Positions 50,185 to 63,743 of a stretch of 64,000 nucleotides of DNA are shown here, in pieces. The notes below the pieces were generated by a model. That model ran no database searches, had not been told where the DNA came from, and was given only the letters and a program-made list of their open reading frames with translations. Location: contig CAVVPN010000003.1 in assembly GCA_963750165.1 (NCBI GenBank), forward strand, positions 2,464,001 through 2,528,000, written 5' to 3'. Every line of letters starts with the position of its first letter. Positions within the stretch are counted from its first letter, which is position 1. Origin of the DNA: an uncultured Gemmataceae bacterium (GTDB lineage: Bacteria; Planctomycetota; Planctomycetia; Gemmatales; Gemmataceae). The position numbers and the translations under genes were made by a program.

Positions 50185-50613
50185 TTGCGGCGAATCGCGT
50201 TCGATCTTGATGAAACGCTGGGCGTCCCGCTGATCGACGGAGCGAACATCATCGGCTGGCAGCTGCGGCCGGGTTGTGCCGACCTACTCGACCGCTTGCT
50301 ACCAGAATTCAGCCTCGTGCTCTGGTCCGTCAGTTCCCGCCGCTACGTGGACAAAGCGCTTTCGTTCGGCTTGAAGCGCTGGTTCGCGGAGTCGCACTCC
50401 TGGGACGAGTTGCCAGCGCGTTGGAAGGATGTGCGGCAGTTGCGGGCCGACTTCCTGGTGGACGACAGCCGGCATCACCGCGAGGCGGCCGAGCGGTTCG
50501 GATTGGCAGCAGCATACATCGTAGTGCCGGCGTATGGTAGCCCCGAAGATGTGGCCGACCCGCTGGGGTGGGTTCGCCTGGTCGAGTCCACTGTGAGTCA
50601 GATTGATCGATGA
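50185..50613 (+). CDS. HAD-superfamily (NIF/FCP1-like) phosphatase
   Basis: IAFDLDETL, LRPG, LWS, LVDD; RBS GGAGG before TTG. Confidence 0.7.
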   Translation: MRRIAFDLDETLGVPLIDGANIIGWQLRPGCADLLDRLLPEFSLVLWSVSSRRYVDKALSFGLKRWFAESHSWDELPARWKDVRQLRADFLVDDSRHHREAAERFGLAAAYIVVPAYGSPEDVADPLGWVRLVESTVSQIDR

Positions 50614-50638
50614 GCGCCACCTCAGAATGAAGTGATTT

Positions 50639-51004
50639 ATGGCCACGCGCGCCGAGAACGAAGGCTTCCGGATGTTGGATGAGTTCGTGACCGATGCCAT
50701 CCTCGAACCAGGAGTGCCGCGGGCGGACCCACAAAAACCGGGGAAAAACGAAGGCATTCAGGTCATTGAGGAACTGGTTTTCCAGGGCAGCAGCCCGGCT
50801 GAGCAACCCGGCGAGCCCACGCAGCAAATCACGCAGGCGCACCCCCACCGTGTCCTGAAACGCATCGGGCCCGTTGTCCTGAAGGCGGCCTGTATTTCCG
50901 TCGCGAGTGACTTGGGGGCTCAATTCGGAGGTTGGGTTGGGGCTTCTCTGGGTGCAGTGTTGTCGTCGCTTTGGTTCCTCCGTGACGATGCCGCGTCGTC
51001 TTGA
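50639..51004 (+). CDS. Hypothetical protein with C-terminal glycine-zipper-like TM segment
   Basis: LGAQFGGWVGASLGAVLSSLW. Confidence 0.45.
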   Translation: MATRAENEGFRMLDEFVTDAILEPGVPRADPQKPGKNEGIQVIEELVFQGSSPAEQPGEPTQQITQAHPHRVLKRIGPVVLKAACISVASDLGAQFGGWVGASLGAVLSSLWFLRDDAASS

Positions 51005-51077
51005 CCCGGTGTGATACCGACGCGAGCACGGGAGGAGGGGCGAGCGCTTTACCGAATGCCGATTTAGGTGTATTTTC

Positions 51078-53540
51078 ATGCTTCCGCATCGTCTCCTGCT
51101 GTGCCTGATCGCCGGGACGCTGGCCGCCGGCCCCGTCAGCGCCCAACCCAAACGCATTGGCACCCCGACCAAGCTGACGCTGTCGCCCGCCGTCACCACG
51201 CTCCGCGGCGCCCGCGCCGTCGTGCAGCTGGTGCTGACCGCGACCCTCCCCGGCGACATCGAGCAGGACCTGACGCGCCAGGCGCAATGGAGCAGCAGTA
51301 ATCCGAAGGTCGCCACCGTGTCACAAGGCGGCTACGTCCGCGCCGCCGGCAACGGCACTGTCACCATCAGCGCCAATTACGCGCTCCGCAGGGTGCAGCG
51401 CACGCTCACGGTGACGGACGCCGATAGGCCGCAGACAGTCAGCTTCCGCGACGAGATCATCCCGGTGCTGAACCGCGCCGGCTGCAACCAGGGCGCCTGC
51501 CACGGCACGCCGAACGGCAAGGGCGGCTTCAAACTGAGCCTGCGCGGCTACGACATGCCGTTCGACTACGACGTGCTGACGTGCGCGGCCCTGGGCCGCC
51601 GTACCAACGTGCTCGAGCCCGACGCCAGTTTGGTACTGCAAAAGCCGTTGCTCCAGGTGCCGCACCAGGGCGGCCGCCGTCTGACCATCGGCACGCAGGA
51701 CCACGGGCTGCTGCGGCAGTGGATCGCCGAGGGCCTGCGCGACGACCCAGCAGACCGGGCGGTAATGCAGCGGCTGGAAGTCGTGCCGCCGCGGCGAATG
51801 GTGCGGTTGCTGAAAGACGGCGGCGCCGCCAACGCGCAGCAGCTGGCCGTGCTGGCGCACTTCAGCGACGGCAGCGTCCGTGACGTGACGCGGCTGACCG
51901 CGTTCAGCACCAGCAACGACGACATCGCGACGGTGACCGACACCGGCCTGGTGCAACCGGCGAAGCGCGGCGCGGTCGCGGTGCTGTGCCGCTTCCAGCA
52001 CAGCATCGCCAGCGCCCGCGTCATGTTCCTGCAGGACGTGCCCGGCTTCGTCTGGCCGAACCCGCCGGAAAACAACTACATCGACAGACACGTGTTCGCC
52101 CGGCTGAAGCTGATGCAAATCGCCCCGTCCGACCTGGCAACCGAGGCCGCGTTCCTGCGCCGCGCCTACCTCGACGCCCTCGGCATCCTGCCAACGCCGG
52201 CGGAGGTGCGCGGCTTCCTCAAGGATACTGACCCGCAGAAGCGCGCGAAACTGATCGACCGGCTGCTGGAGCGACCGGAGTTCGCGGACTTCTGGACGCT
52301 GAAATGGGCGGATGTGCTGCGGCTGAACGAGCGCTACATGGAGCCGGCGGCCCTGGACGGCTTCCACGCCTGGCTGCGCCAGCAGGTGGCGGCGGATCGG
52401 CCGCTGGACGAATTCGTCAAGGAACTGCTGGTGTCGAAGGGCGACAGCAAGAAGGTGGCACCGGCCAACTTCTACCGCCCCATGGCCAGTTCGGACGAGG
52501 CCGCCGAGTCGGTGTCGCAGCTGTTCCTGGGCGTACGCATCGGCTGCGCCAAATGCCACAACCATCCGTTCGAGAAGTGGACGCAGGAGGACTATTACGG
52601 CCTGTCGGCAGTGTTCGCGCAGCTGAACCTGAAGCTGGTGCAGCGGGCGCCGAGGGCGTTCACACTGCGGCTGGACATGGCCGGCAAGGTGGTGCATCCG
52701 CGCACCGGCGCCGTGATGGCGCCGCACGCGCCGGGCGGCGTGGCGCTGACCGCCGGGCCGGACGGCGACCGCCGCAAGCCGTTCGCGGTCTGGCTGACGC
52801 GGCCCGACAATCCATTCTTCGCGCGGACGCTGGCGAACCGCATCTGGTTCCACGTCATGGGCCGCGGTGTGGTCATGCCAGTGGACGACGCCCGCGACTC
52901 CAATCCGCCGGTGAACGACGAACTGTTGGAGGCGTTGACGCAGGACCTGGTCAAGCACGGCTTCCGCCTCAAGCCGCTGGTGCGGGCGATCATGAACTCG
53001 CGCACCTACCAGTTGAGCGCCCGGCCGAACGCCTTCAACAAGGCGGATGTGCTGTACTTCTCGCGGGCGGAGGTGCGGATGTTGACGGCGGAGCAGTTAC
53101 TGGATGCGCTGTCGTCGTTCACGGGCGTGCCGGAGCAGTTCGAGGGCCGGCCGGCCGGAACGCGGGCGACGCAGCTGATCGGCCTGCGCAGCGACAATCC
53201 GTTTCTGAAGACGTTCAACCGTCCGAACCGCATTTTGGCGTGCGAATGCGAACGCGAGAACAGCGCCAATCTCAGTCAGGCACTGCAGATGATTAGCAGC
53301 CGGCTGGTGCAGGACAAGCTGAGTAGCGACAAGGGCCGCATCGCGGCGCTGGTGAAGTCCGGCAAGAACAACGCGGAGATCATTGAGGAACTGTACCTGG
53401 CGGCGCTGTCACGGCCGCCGAGCGCCCGCGAGCGGCAGACGCTGCTGGCGGAAGCGGCGCAGGCGGCTGACCGGCGGGAGTTCTTTGAAGACCTGGGGTG
53501 GTCGCTGGTCAACTCGAAGGAGTTCCAGTTTCGGCATTAA
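51078..53540 (+). CDS. Ig-like plus DUF1549/DUF1553 protein
   Basis: GCNQGACHG, NYIDRHV, FLRRAYLDALG, GCAKCHNHPFEKW, NPFFAR, NSKEFQFRH. Confidence 0.9.
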   Translation: MLPHRLLLCLIAGTLAAGPVSAQPKRIGTPTKLTLSPAVTTLRGARAVVQLVLTATLPGDIEQDLTRQAQWSSSNPKVATVSQGGYVRAAGNGTVTISANYALRRVQRTLTVTDADRPQTVSFRDEIIPVLNRAGCNQGACHGTPNGKGGFKLSLRGYDMPFDYDVLTCAALGRRTNVLEPDASLVLQKPLLQVPHQGGRRLTIGTQDHGLLRQWIAEGLRDDPADRAVMQRLEVVPPRRMVRLLKDGGAANAQQLAVLAHFSDGSVRDVTRLTAFSTSNDDIATVTDTGLVQPAKRGAVAVLCRFQHSIASARVMFLQDVPGFVWPNPPENNYIDRHVFARLKLMQIAPSDLATEAAFLRRAYLDALGILPTPAEVRGFLKDTDPQKRAKLIDRLLERPEFADFWTLKWADVLRLNERYMEPAALDGFHAWLRQQVAADRPLDEFVKELLVSKGDSKKVAPANFYRPMASSDEAAESVSQLFLGVRIGCAKCHNHPFEKWTQEDYYGLSAVFAQLNLKLVQRAPRAFTLRLDMAGKVVHPRTGAVMAPHAPGGVALTAGPDGDRRKPFAVWLTRPDNPFFARTLANRIWFHVMGRGVVMPVDDARDSNPPVNDELLEALTQDLVKHGFRLKPLVRAIMNSRTYQLSARPNAFNKADVLYFSRAEVRMLTAEQLLDALSSFTGVPEQFEGRPAGTRATQLIGLRSDNPFLKTFNRPNRILACECERENSANLSQALQMISSRLVQDKLSSDKGRIAALVKSGKNNAEIIEELYLAALSRPPSARERQTLLAEAAQAADRREFFEDLGWSLVNSKEFQFRH

Positions 53541-53627
53541 GACGCGACTGCGTAAACAGCAAGCGGCAGTGGCGATTTCACACGAGTCGCGATTCCTTCA
53601 GCACAAGAGGAAGCGTTTGTGGTGCGG

Positions 53628-54437
53628 CTACGCCCACGGGTCGCCGCGCAGGTGCTCCAGTAACACCGGATGCAGCGCCCCGTTGCTCGCCAGGCAGTCC
53701 GGCGTGTACGGGTCGTACGCCGCGCCGCTCACGTCGGTGACGACGCCGCCCGCCTCGCGGACCAGCACCGCGCCGCCGGCCACGTCCCAGACATGGTTGT
53801 CGAACGCCCAGTAACCGTCGAACCGGCCCGCCGCCAGGTACGCCAGGTTCAGCGCTGTCGAACCCGTGCGCCGCAGCGACCGCGTGCGCAGCGAAAAATA
53901 CCGCCACCAATCCAGCGTCCGCTCCTGGCCGCGCACGTCCGGCGGGAAGCCGGTCGCCAGCAGGGCCTCGTCCAGCGACGTGGTCTTGCTCACCGCCAGC
54001 CGTTCGCGGTCCACCCAGGCGCCCATGCCCTGCGCCGCCGAAAACATCTCCTTGCGCACCGGATCGTAGACGACGCCGACCACCAGTTCGCCGGCCACCT
54101 GCAAGCCGATTGAGACGCAGTAGAGCGGACAGTCGTGGACGTAGTTGGTGGTGCCGTCCAGCGGATCGACGATCCACGTCGGCGGCGCGTCCGGGCCGGG
54201 CCGGGCGTGCGCCCTGTCCTCCTCGCCCAAACAGGCGTGGTCGGGGAAGCGGCCGCGCAGCTCCTCGAAGATGGCGGCCTGCGACTGGATGTCGGCCTCG
54301 GTCACCAGGTCGTGGCGGGCCTTTTCCTGGACGCGGAACTTCTTGCGATACTCCGCCAGCACCGCGGCGCCGCGGATGGCCGCGACCATGGCCACGTCCA
54401 CGTACTCGATCAGGCGGGTGCGCGGGTTCGGTTGCAC
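53628..54437 (-). CDS. suhB: Inositol monophosphatase family protein
   Basis: DLVTEAD, GEE, WIVDPLDGTTNY, WDVAGG. Confidence 0.88.
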   Translation of the reverse strand: MQPNPRTRLIEYVDVAMVAAIRGAAVLAEYRKKFRVQEKARHDLVTEADIQSQAAIFEELRGRFPDHACLGEEDRAHARPGPDAPPTWIVDPLDGTTNYVHDCPLYCVSIGLQVAGELVVGVVYDPVRKEMFSAAQGMGAWVDRERLAVSKTTSLDEALLATGFPPDVRGQERTLDWWRYFSLRTRSLRRTGSTALNLAYLAAGRFDGYWAFDNHVWDVAGGAVLVREAGGVVTDVSGAAYDPYTPDCLASNGALHPVLLEHLRGDPWA

Positions 54438-54451
54438 GGACACCTCCGCAA

Positions 54452-55435
54452 TCAAATGGGTTTCAGCCACCCCTGGCCCTCTTCGAGCACCAGCGTCCGC
54501 AGGGCCGCCAGCCAGGCCGGGTGGTCGTTCAGACACGGGCACACCCGCAGCTGCTCGCCGCCGGCGTGCGTGAACGCCTCGCGGGCCTCGAAGCCGATCT
54601 CGTCCACCGTCTCCAGGCAGTCCGCGGTGAAGCCCGGCATGGCCACGAACACGCGGCGCACGCCCTGGCCGGCCAGCCGTACCAGCGTCTCCTCGGTGTA
54701 CGGCTTCAGCCACGGTTCACGGCCGAAGCGCGACTGGAACGTCTGCGTCCAGCGGCCGCGCGGCCAGCCCAGGCGCTCGATCAGCCGGGCCGTCGTGCGC
54801 TTGACGTGCAGCGCGTAGGGGTCGCCGCGCTGCGCGTACGACATCGGGATGCCGTGAAAGCTGAGCAGGTAGTGCTGCGGCTGCCAGTCCAGTTTGGCCA
54901 GGTCGTCGCGGATGACCGCGGTCACGGCGTCGAGGTAGGCGGGGTGCTCGTAGTACGGCGGCACCACGCGCAGCGCCGGCACGCGCCGCTGGCGCATCAG
55001 CGTCTGGAACAGCGCGTCCAGCGCCGAGGCGGTCGTCGTCGCGGAGTATTGCGGGTACATCGGCAGCACCAGCAACCGTTCGACTCCCTGCCGGATCATC
55101 TCGGGGACGATCTGGGTGATGTTCGGGTTGCCGACCTGCATGGCGAAGCGCACGGGCACGTCGGGCAGCGCTTGCTGGAGCGAATCGGTCTGGCGGCGGG
55201 TCCAGTGCAACAGCGGCGAGCCGGTCTGGCTGTTCCAGATGCGCTGGTACTTGGCGGCGGAGGCCCGCGGCCGAAAGGGCATGACGAACAGGTTCAGGAT
55301 GAAGAACCACTTGAGACGCGGCACCTCAATGACGCGCGGATCGCTGAGGAACTGGCGGAGGTAGGGCCGCAGCGCCCGCGGAGTGGGCGCGTCCGGCGTG
55401 CCGAGCTGCACCAGGAGAACGCCGACATTCGACAT
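54452..55435 (-). CDS. hemH: Ferrochelatase
   Basis: LVQLGTP, FLSDPRV, PMYPQYS, SFHGIP, FQSRFG, DCLET. Confidence 0.95.
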   Translation of the reverse strand: MSNVGVLLVQLGTPDAPTPRALRPYLRQFLSDPRVIEVPRLKWFFILNLFVMPFRPRASAAKYQRIWNSQTGSPLLHWTRRQTDSLQQALPDVPVRFAMQVGNPNITQIVPEMIRQGVERLLVLPMYPQYSATTTASALDALFQTLMRQRRVPALRVVPPYYEHPAYLDAVTAVIRDDLAKLDWQPQHYLLSFHGIPMSYAQRGDPYALHVKRTTARLIERLGWPRGRWTQTFQSRFGREPWLKPYTEETLVRLAGQGVRRVFVAMPGFTADCLETVDEIGFEAREAFTHAGGEQLRVCPCLNDHPAWLAALRTLVLEEGQGWLKPI

Positions 55436-55443
55436 GGTTGATC

Positions 55444-55530
55444 GCAAATTGCAAATTGCAGATTGCAAATTGAAAGACAAACTGCCCGCTGGCTTTTCAA
55501 TCTGCAATTTGCAATCGGCAATTTGCAATT
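55444..55530. repeat. Inverted heptamer tandem repeats (GCAAATT)n ... (AATTTGC)n
   Basis: gcaaattgcaaattgcagattgcaaattgaaa ... tttcaatctgcaatttgcaatcggcaatttgcaatt. Confidence 0.85.
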
Positions 55531-55539
55531 CTTCCTGGG

Positions 55540-55851
55540 TTACTTCTTCTTGCACTCGGGCCCTTCCTTGGCGTCGCCCTTCTCGGTGATGTGGGCGTCG
55601 CCACCGACGGCCTTGAGGGCGGCGGCGCGTTCGGCGTTCAGCGGGGTGTAGTCCGTCCACTGAGCCGGGACGTTCGCTTCCGCGAAGATCGCCTCGACGG
55701 GGCACTCCGGCACACACGCCTCGCAGTCGATGCAGTCATTCGGGTCGATGTACAGCATCATGTCGTCCTGATAGAAGCACTCCACCGGACAGACGGCGAC
55801 GCAGTCGGTGTACTTGCAGTCGTAGCACGGTTGGCAAACAGTATGAGTCAT
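55540..55851 (-). CDS. fdxA: FdxA-type ferredoxin
   Basis: [26 protein letters not shown]...[16 protein letters not shown]. Confidence 0.9.
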   Translation of the reverse strand: MTHTVCQPCYDCKYTDCVAVCPVECFYQDDMMLYIDPNDCIDCEACVPECPVEAIFAEANVPAQWTDYTPLNAERAAALKAVGGDAHITEKGDAKEGPECKKK

Positions 55852-56265
55852 GGTCGCGAACTACTCCCGGCCCGAAACCCGAGCCGAACCTGAAGAATGG
55901 GAAAAGGCCCGACCACCCTGGGCGGGCCGCAACGCTCCAGGAAACAATCCTATCCCTAGCAACAAACAGAGGTATTGTCCAGAGGCGAGTTGCCGGCGCG
56001 GACGCTTTCCGCCATTCTGCCCCGGCGCCCCCTGTGGTAGAATGAAGGGAGTGCCAGGGAGGGCTTTCATCTCGTTTCATTTCGCACACCCCCCCGCCGG
56101 GCCAGGGTGCCCGGAGATACCCTGCCCCCAACGGCCCGCGGCAGCGAAAAAGCTCGCCTGCGTCTGCTGGCATCACTCCCGATTGTAACCTATGTTCGTA
56201 ATGACGTTTTCCCGCCGCGCAACGGCGGCCGGTGCGCCCGCCTCGTATTTCGGAGAGATCCTGGT

Positions 56266-56863
56266 ATGGCCCCCGCCGCACTCGACACCCTGGCCGCCGA
56301 CACCGCGCAGCGCAGCGCTTCGGATCAGGAACTGCTGCACCGCTTTCGGGCCGGCGACCAGCAGGCCGCCACGGAGCTGTACCAGCGCTACGGCGAACGC
56401 CTTCGCGCCCTGGCCCGCACGCGCACGTCGCCGCTGCTGACTTCCCTGATCGACGCCGACGACATCGTGCAGTCCGTCTTTCGCCGCTTCTTCGAGAAGG
56501 TCAGCAGCGGCTGCTACGAGGTGCCCGCCGGCGAGGAATTGTGGAAGCTCTTCCTGGTGATCGCCCTGAACAAGATCCGCGACGCCGGCGCCTTCCACCA
56601 GGCTGCCCGCCGCGACGTGCGCCTGTGCCAGCACAGCGCCACCCTCGACCAGCAGCTGCCCGACCCCAGGCGCACCGAGACCGACTCGGCCCTGCATCTG
56701 GTAATCGACGAATTCATGGGCACGCTGCCGGAAGTCAGCCGTCACATGATGGAGATGCGCATCGCCGGCTACGAGGTCGCGGAGATCGCCGAAAAGACCG
56801 GCCGCTCGCGCCGCACCGTCGAACGGTTGCTGCAGGAGCTGCGCAAGAAACTGCGGGAGGTTC

Positions 56864-56880
<17 letters not shown>
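56266..56880 (+). CDS. ECF-type sigma factor
   Basis: SDQELLHRFRAGDQQAATELYQRY, DDIVQSVF, GYEVAEIAEKTGRSRRTVER. Confidence 0.9.
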
Positions 56881-60162
<3,282 letters not shown>

Positions 60163-60164
60163 GC

Positions 60165-60244
60165 TCCGAGCCGCGCACGCAGCGCAGCGGAGTAAGCGGC
60201 CGCACCAGAGCGCTTACTCCGCTGCGCTGCGTGCGCGGCTCGGA
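60165..60244. repeat. REP-like long inverted repeat
   Basis: tccgagccgcgcacgcagcgcagcggagtaagcg ... cgcttactccgctgcgctgcgtgcgcggctcgga. Confidence 0.85.
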
Positions 60245-60462
60245 CCAGTCCTCTAAGGAAAATTCAGGAGTCCCTAAGAATTTTTGGCGGACGGTCTGAA
60301 CCGTTGCCGTTCCTCCTGATGAGCCTGATTGTGGTCCGGGAAACCGCCAAACGCCCGGGGTGGCAGCACTCCGGGCGTCCTTCCTCTCCCCCCTCGGAAT
60401 GGATTCCGTCCGCCGAATTGGTCCCCCCACTGGGTTCCTCTAACCCGAAAGGACGACCCCGC

Positions 60463-62550
60463 ATGTCGCGTTGCCCCCGTCGCACCCGCCTCCACCTCGA
60501 ACACCTGGAAGACCGTTGCGTGCCCGCGGTCTTCGGCAATCCCTGGCCCGACCCGGGACATCTGACCATCAGCTTCGCGCCGGACGGCACGAACGTGAAC
60601 GGTTACAGTAGCAATCTGTTCCAGGACATGAACGCCACCTACGGCTCCGGCTGGCAGCTCGCCGTGCTGCGCGCGTTCCAGACCTGGGCGGACAACGCCA
60701 ACATCAACCTGAGTGTCGTGAGCGATGACGGCGAGCCGTTCGGCAGCCCTGGCCCGCTGCAGGGCAACCCCAACTACGGCGACATCCGCCTGGCTGGCCT
60801 GCCCCTCTCGACGAACGAGCTGGCGATCACGACGCCGTTCGACCTGTTCGACAGCCGCTCCGGCGACATCATCGTGAACACGCAGCAAGCCTTCAGCAAC
60901 GGCGGCGTCAACGGCGCCTATGACCTGTACACGGCCCTGCTGCAAGAGTCGGGGCACGCCTTCGGACTGAGTAACAGCACGGACCCGGCCTCCGTCATGT
61001 ACGAGAATTACATGAACCCCAGGACGGGGTTGAGCGCCGGCGACGTGCAGAACCTTCAGGCCCTGTACGGCGCCCGCACCCCCGACGCTTACGAGGGCCT
61101 GCTCGGCAACAACAGCTTTTTGACGGCGACGCCGCTCGCCCTGGCCACGACGCTCACGGGTCTGGTGAACGGCGTGCCGGCGGGCGGCATCCAGGCCGAT
61201 TTGACGACCGCGACGGACGTGGACTATTACCGGGTTCAGGCCAACGCCAGCGGCCTGGCGGTGCAGCTGCGGACCTCGGGCGTCAGCCTGCTGGAAGCGC
61301 AGGTGACGGTCTACAACGGTTTGCTGCAGCCGGTGGCGACGGCGAGCGCCAGCAGCCCGACGGCCGGCGACCTGCTCGTCAACGTGCCGAACGCCCGGTC
61401 GGGGGCCACCTACTACGTCAAGGTGTCGGCGGCGCAGCCGGGCGACGTGTTCGGCATCGGTGCCTACCAGATTGCGGCGGGCAGCAACGCGCACGCGGCC
61501 CTGTTCCCGCCGTTGACGAGCCTGCTGAACGTGGACAGCAACACCAACAACACGATGCTGACGGCCACGACGCTGATCCCGCAGGTGCTCCAGGAGAGCG
61601 CCCGCTGGGACGATGTCACCCGGGCCAGCATCAGCGACAGCACCGACGTGGATTATTATCGCATCGTCGCGCCGCTGAACACCCTGGTGAACGGCGTGAT
61701 CACGGCGACGCCGCGCGATCTGGTGGTGACGGTCGATGCGCTGCAGGCCGGCACCCTGGACCCGAACGTCACCGTGTACGGCCTGCTCGGCCAACCGATG
61801 CAGGCGGACGTGCTGGCCTACGACCACTCCAACTTCACGCTGCAAATCGCGAACGTGTCGCCGTTGCAGGTGTTCTACATCCGCGTCGCGGCGGCCAACC
61901 CGGGCGGGCCGCACAGCACGGGCAATTATTTCCTGGCCGCGGACTTCCGCGACTGGGTCATCACGATGGACACCTTCGCCACGGACACGCTGACCCAGGC
62001 ACAGCCCCAGACGGCGTACTCCCTGCAAAACCAGCGGAGCCAGCTGTTCCACTTTGTGCTGTCGGCGAACACCGGCACCTCGACGGTGGCGGCGGCGGTG
62101 CGGATGAGCATTTACGACGCGGCGGGGAACCTGGTGCAGTCCTTCATGGCCACGGCCGGGCAGACGACCAGCCTGGACGTGATGCTGGCGCCGGAGACTT
62201 ACACGGTGGTCTTCACGGCGGGGACGCAGGATCCGACGCAGACGTTGCCGCCGTTGACGTATCTGGTGCGTGTCATTGTCCGCAGCGACCCCATCGGCCC
62301 GAAGACGCAGGACACCACGGCGGCGCCGGCCGGCAGCACGAGCACCACCTCCACGTCGAGCGGCTCCACGGACCCCAGCGCCAGCAGCCCCGCCGCGAAC
62401 ACCGGCAGCAGCGCGACGGCTAACGGCACGGTCACGGACACGTCGGACTCGGGCAGCAACACTTACAGCGTCCAGAAGGTGCCGCCGCCAGCGGCCCCGC
62501 CGAAGGATCCCTACAGCGACCCCTCCAGCGATCCTTATTCGCCGTCGTGA
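60463..62550 (+). CDS. Exported matrixin-like (M10) protein with PPC-like repeats; Zn motif degenerate
   Basis: LHLEHLEDRCVPA planctomycete export motif; WPDPGHLTISFAPDGT, GDIR, QESGHAFGLSN, SVMY Met-turn; DVDYY repeats. Confidence 0.8.
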   Translation: MSRCPRRTRLHLEHLEDRCVPAVFGNPWPDPGHLTISFAPDGTNVNGYSSNLFQDMNATYGSGWQLAVLRAFQTWADNANINLSVVSDDGEPFGSPGPLQGNPNYGDIRLAGLPLSTNELAITTPFDLFDSRSGDIIVNTQQAFSNGGVNGAYDLYTALLQESGHAFGLSNSTDPASVMYENYMNPRTGLSAGDVQNLQALYGARTPDAYEGLLGNNSFLTATPLALATTLTGLVNGVPAGGIQADLTTATDVDYYRVQANASGLAVQLRTSGVSLLEAQVTVYNGLLQPVATASASSPTAGDLLVNVPNARSGATYYVKVSAAQPGDVFGIGAYQIAAGSNAHAALFPPLTSLLNVDSNTNNTMLTATTLIPQVLQESARWDDVTRASISDSTDVDYYRIVAPLNTLVNGVITATPRDLVVTVDALQAGTLDPNVTVYGLLGQPMQADVLAYDHSNFTLQIANVSPLQVFYIRVAAANPGGPHSTGNYFLAADFRDWVITMDTFATDTLTQAQPQTAYSLQNQRSQLFHFVLSANTGTSTVAAAVRMSIYDAAGNLVQSFMATAGQTTSLDVMLAPETYTVVFTAGTQDPTQTLPPLTYLVRVIVRSDPIGPKTQDTTAAPAGSTSTTSTSSGSTDPSASSPAANTGSSATANGTVTDTSDSGSNTYSVQKVPPPAAPPKDPYSDPSSDPYSPS

Positions 62551-62557
62551 CGCTTGC

Positions 62558-62610
62558 TGTTCTGCGGCTTGCGGTGTAGCGGGGAGCGCTACGCCGCAAG
62601 CCGCAGAACA
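62558..62610. repeat. REP-like inverted repeat between convergent genes
   Basis: tgttctgcggcttgcggtgtagcg ... cgctacgccgcaagccgcagaaca. Confidence 0.8.
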
Positions 62611-62616
62611 CCGGCG

Positions 62617-63657
62617 TCAGCCCATGCGCAGCAACCGCCGCGCGTTCTCGTAATAGACCAGTTTCACCACCTCCGGCGGCAGCTCGACGCCGTGCAGCAG
62701 CGGCGACAGCGGTTGGCCGTTCTCGCCCTGCACGTCCGGGTCGGCGATGGGACTCTGGCCGCGCCAGTCGCTCTCCCACAGCGACCGCTGGCACCAGTAG
62801 CGGCTGACGTAGTGCTCGCGCGGCAGCCCGTGCCGCGTCACCAGATCCGAGCCAAACAGGAAGCGCTCCGGGAAGCGACACATCAGCGCTCGCACCGCCG
62901 CGCGCCGCGCCGACGCCTCGCGCACCACCCATTTGGTGGCGCTGGTGTCGAGGGACAGGTGCGGATAGCGCTCCAGCAGCGCCTGCAAGTGGTCGGGGTG
63001 TTCCACGTCGCCGCCCATGTGCGCCCCGATCCAGAGCATGTCCGGGAAATCCTGCAACATGCGCTCCAGGCCGACGTACTGCTCCGGCTTGGTGCCGAAC
63101 TTGGCGCTGTCCTGGTACACGGTGCGGAACCAGGTGTCCGGATCGCCGACGTGGACCATGATGATGCGGACGCCAGCGGCGCGGGCGCGGCGGGCGGCCT
63201 CGCGGCGCCAGGGCGTGTCCACCAGCAGCCCGCGGTCGCGACCACGCGGCGCCGCCCAGAACTTGATGATCTCCACGCCCAGTTGCAGAAAACGGTCGAG
63301 CTGCTGATACGCCTCCTCGTCCGGGGCGTCGGCGGCCTTCTTCATGATGGGGCCATTGAAGCCGAGCTGGTCGCCGAAGCGTTGCCGCAGCGGCTCGATG
63401 TCGTCCACCGGGCACATGGTATACGTCTTGACGATGCTGAACTCCGCCGCAACCTCGAGCATGACCGCGGCCTGCTCGATGCTGGAGTCGGGGCCGGGCG
63501 GCAGCGGCAAGGCGCCTTTGGGGTCGCCGGGCCGCGTCCGCATGACGTGGCTGTGGATGTCGATCAGCGGCCCGCGGTAGTGCAGGTGGCTGCGCTGGCC
63601 GTAGTCGATGCCGATGACGTTGTGCTCGGGCGGGGCGGCGGTTGTGCTGTCGGCCAT
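62617..63657 (-). CDS. Amidohydrolase family (Amidohydro_2-like) protein
   Basis: IDIHSH, MVHVGDP, IGAHMGG, LDTSATKW, LFGSD. Confidence 0.85.
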   Translation of the reverse strand: MADSTTAAPPEHNVIGIDYGQRSHLHYRGPLIDIHSHVMRTRPGDPKGALPLPPGPDSSIEQAAVMLEVAAEFSIVKTYTMCPVDDIEPLRQRFGDQLGFNGPIMKKAADAPDEEAYQQLDRFLQLGVEIIKFWAAPRGRDRGLLVDTPWRREAARRARAAGVRIIMVHVGDPDTWFRTVYQDSAKFGTKPEQYVGLERMLQDFPDMLWIGAHMGGDVEHPDHLQALLERYPHLSLDTSATKWVVREASARRAAVRALMCRFPERFLFGSDLVTRHGLPREHYVSRYWCQRSLWESDWRGQSPIADPDVQGENGQPLSPLLHGVELPPEVVKLVYYENARRLLRMG

Positions 63658-63689
63658 GAGGGGATACCATCGGGTTGGGGGACAATGCT

Positions 63690-63723
63690 TGCACCCCTCT
63701 CCCCTGCAGGGGAGAGGGGTGCA
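63690..63723. repeat. REP-like palindrome (CCCCTCTCCCC family)
   Basis: tgcacccctctcccctgcaggggagaggggtgca. Confidence 0.75.
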
Positions 63724-63743
63724 TGACACACGGCGGGCGACCG

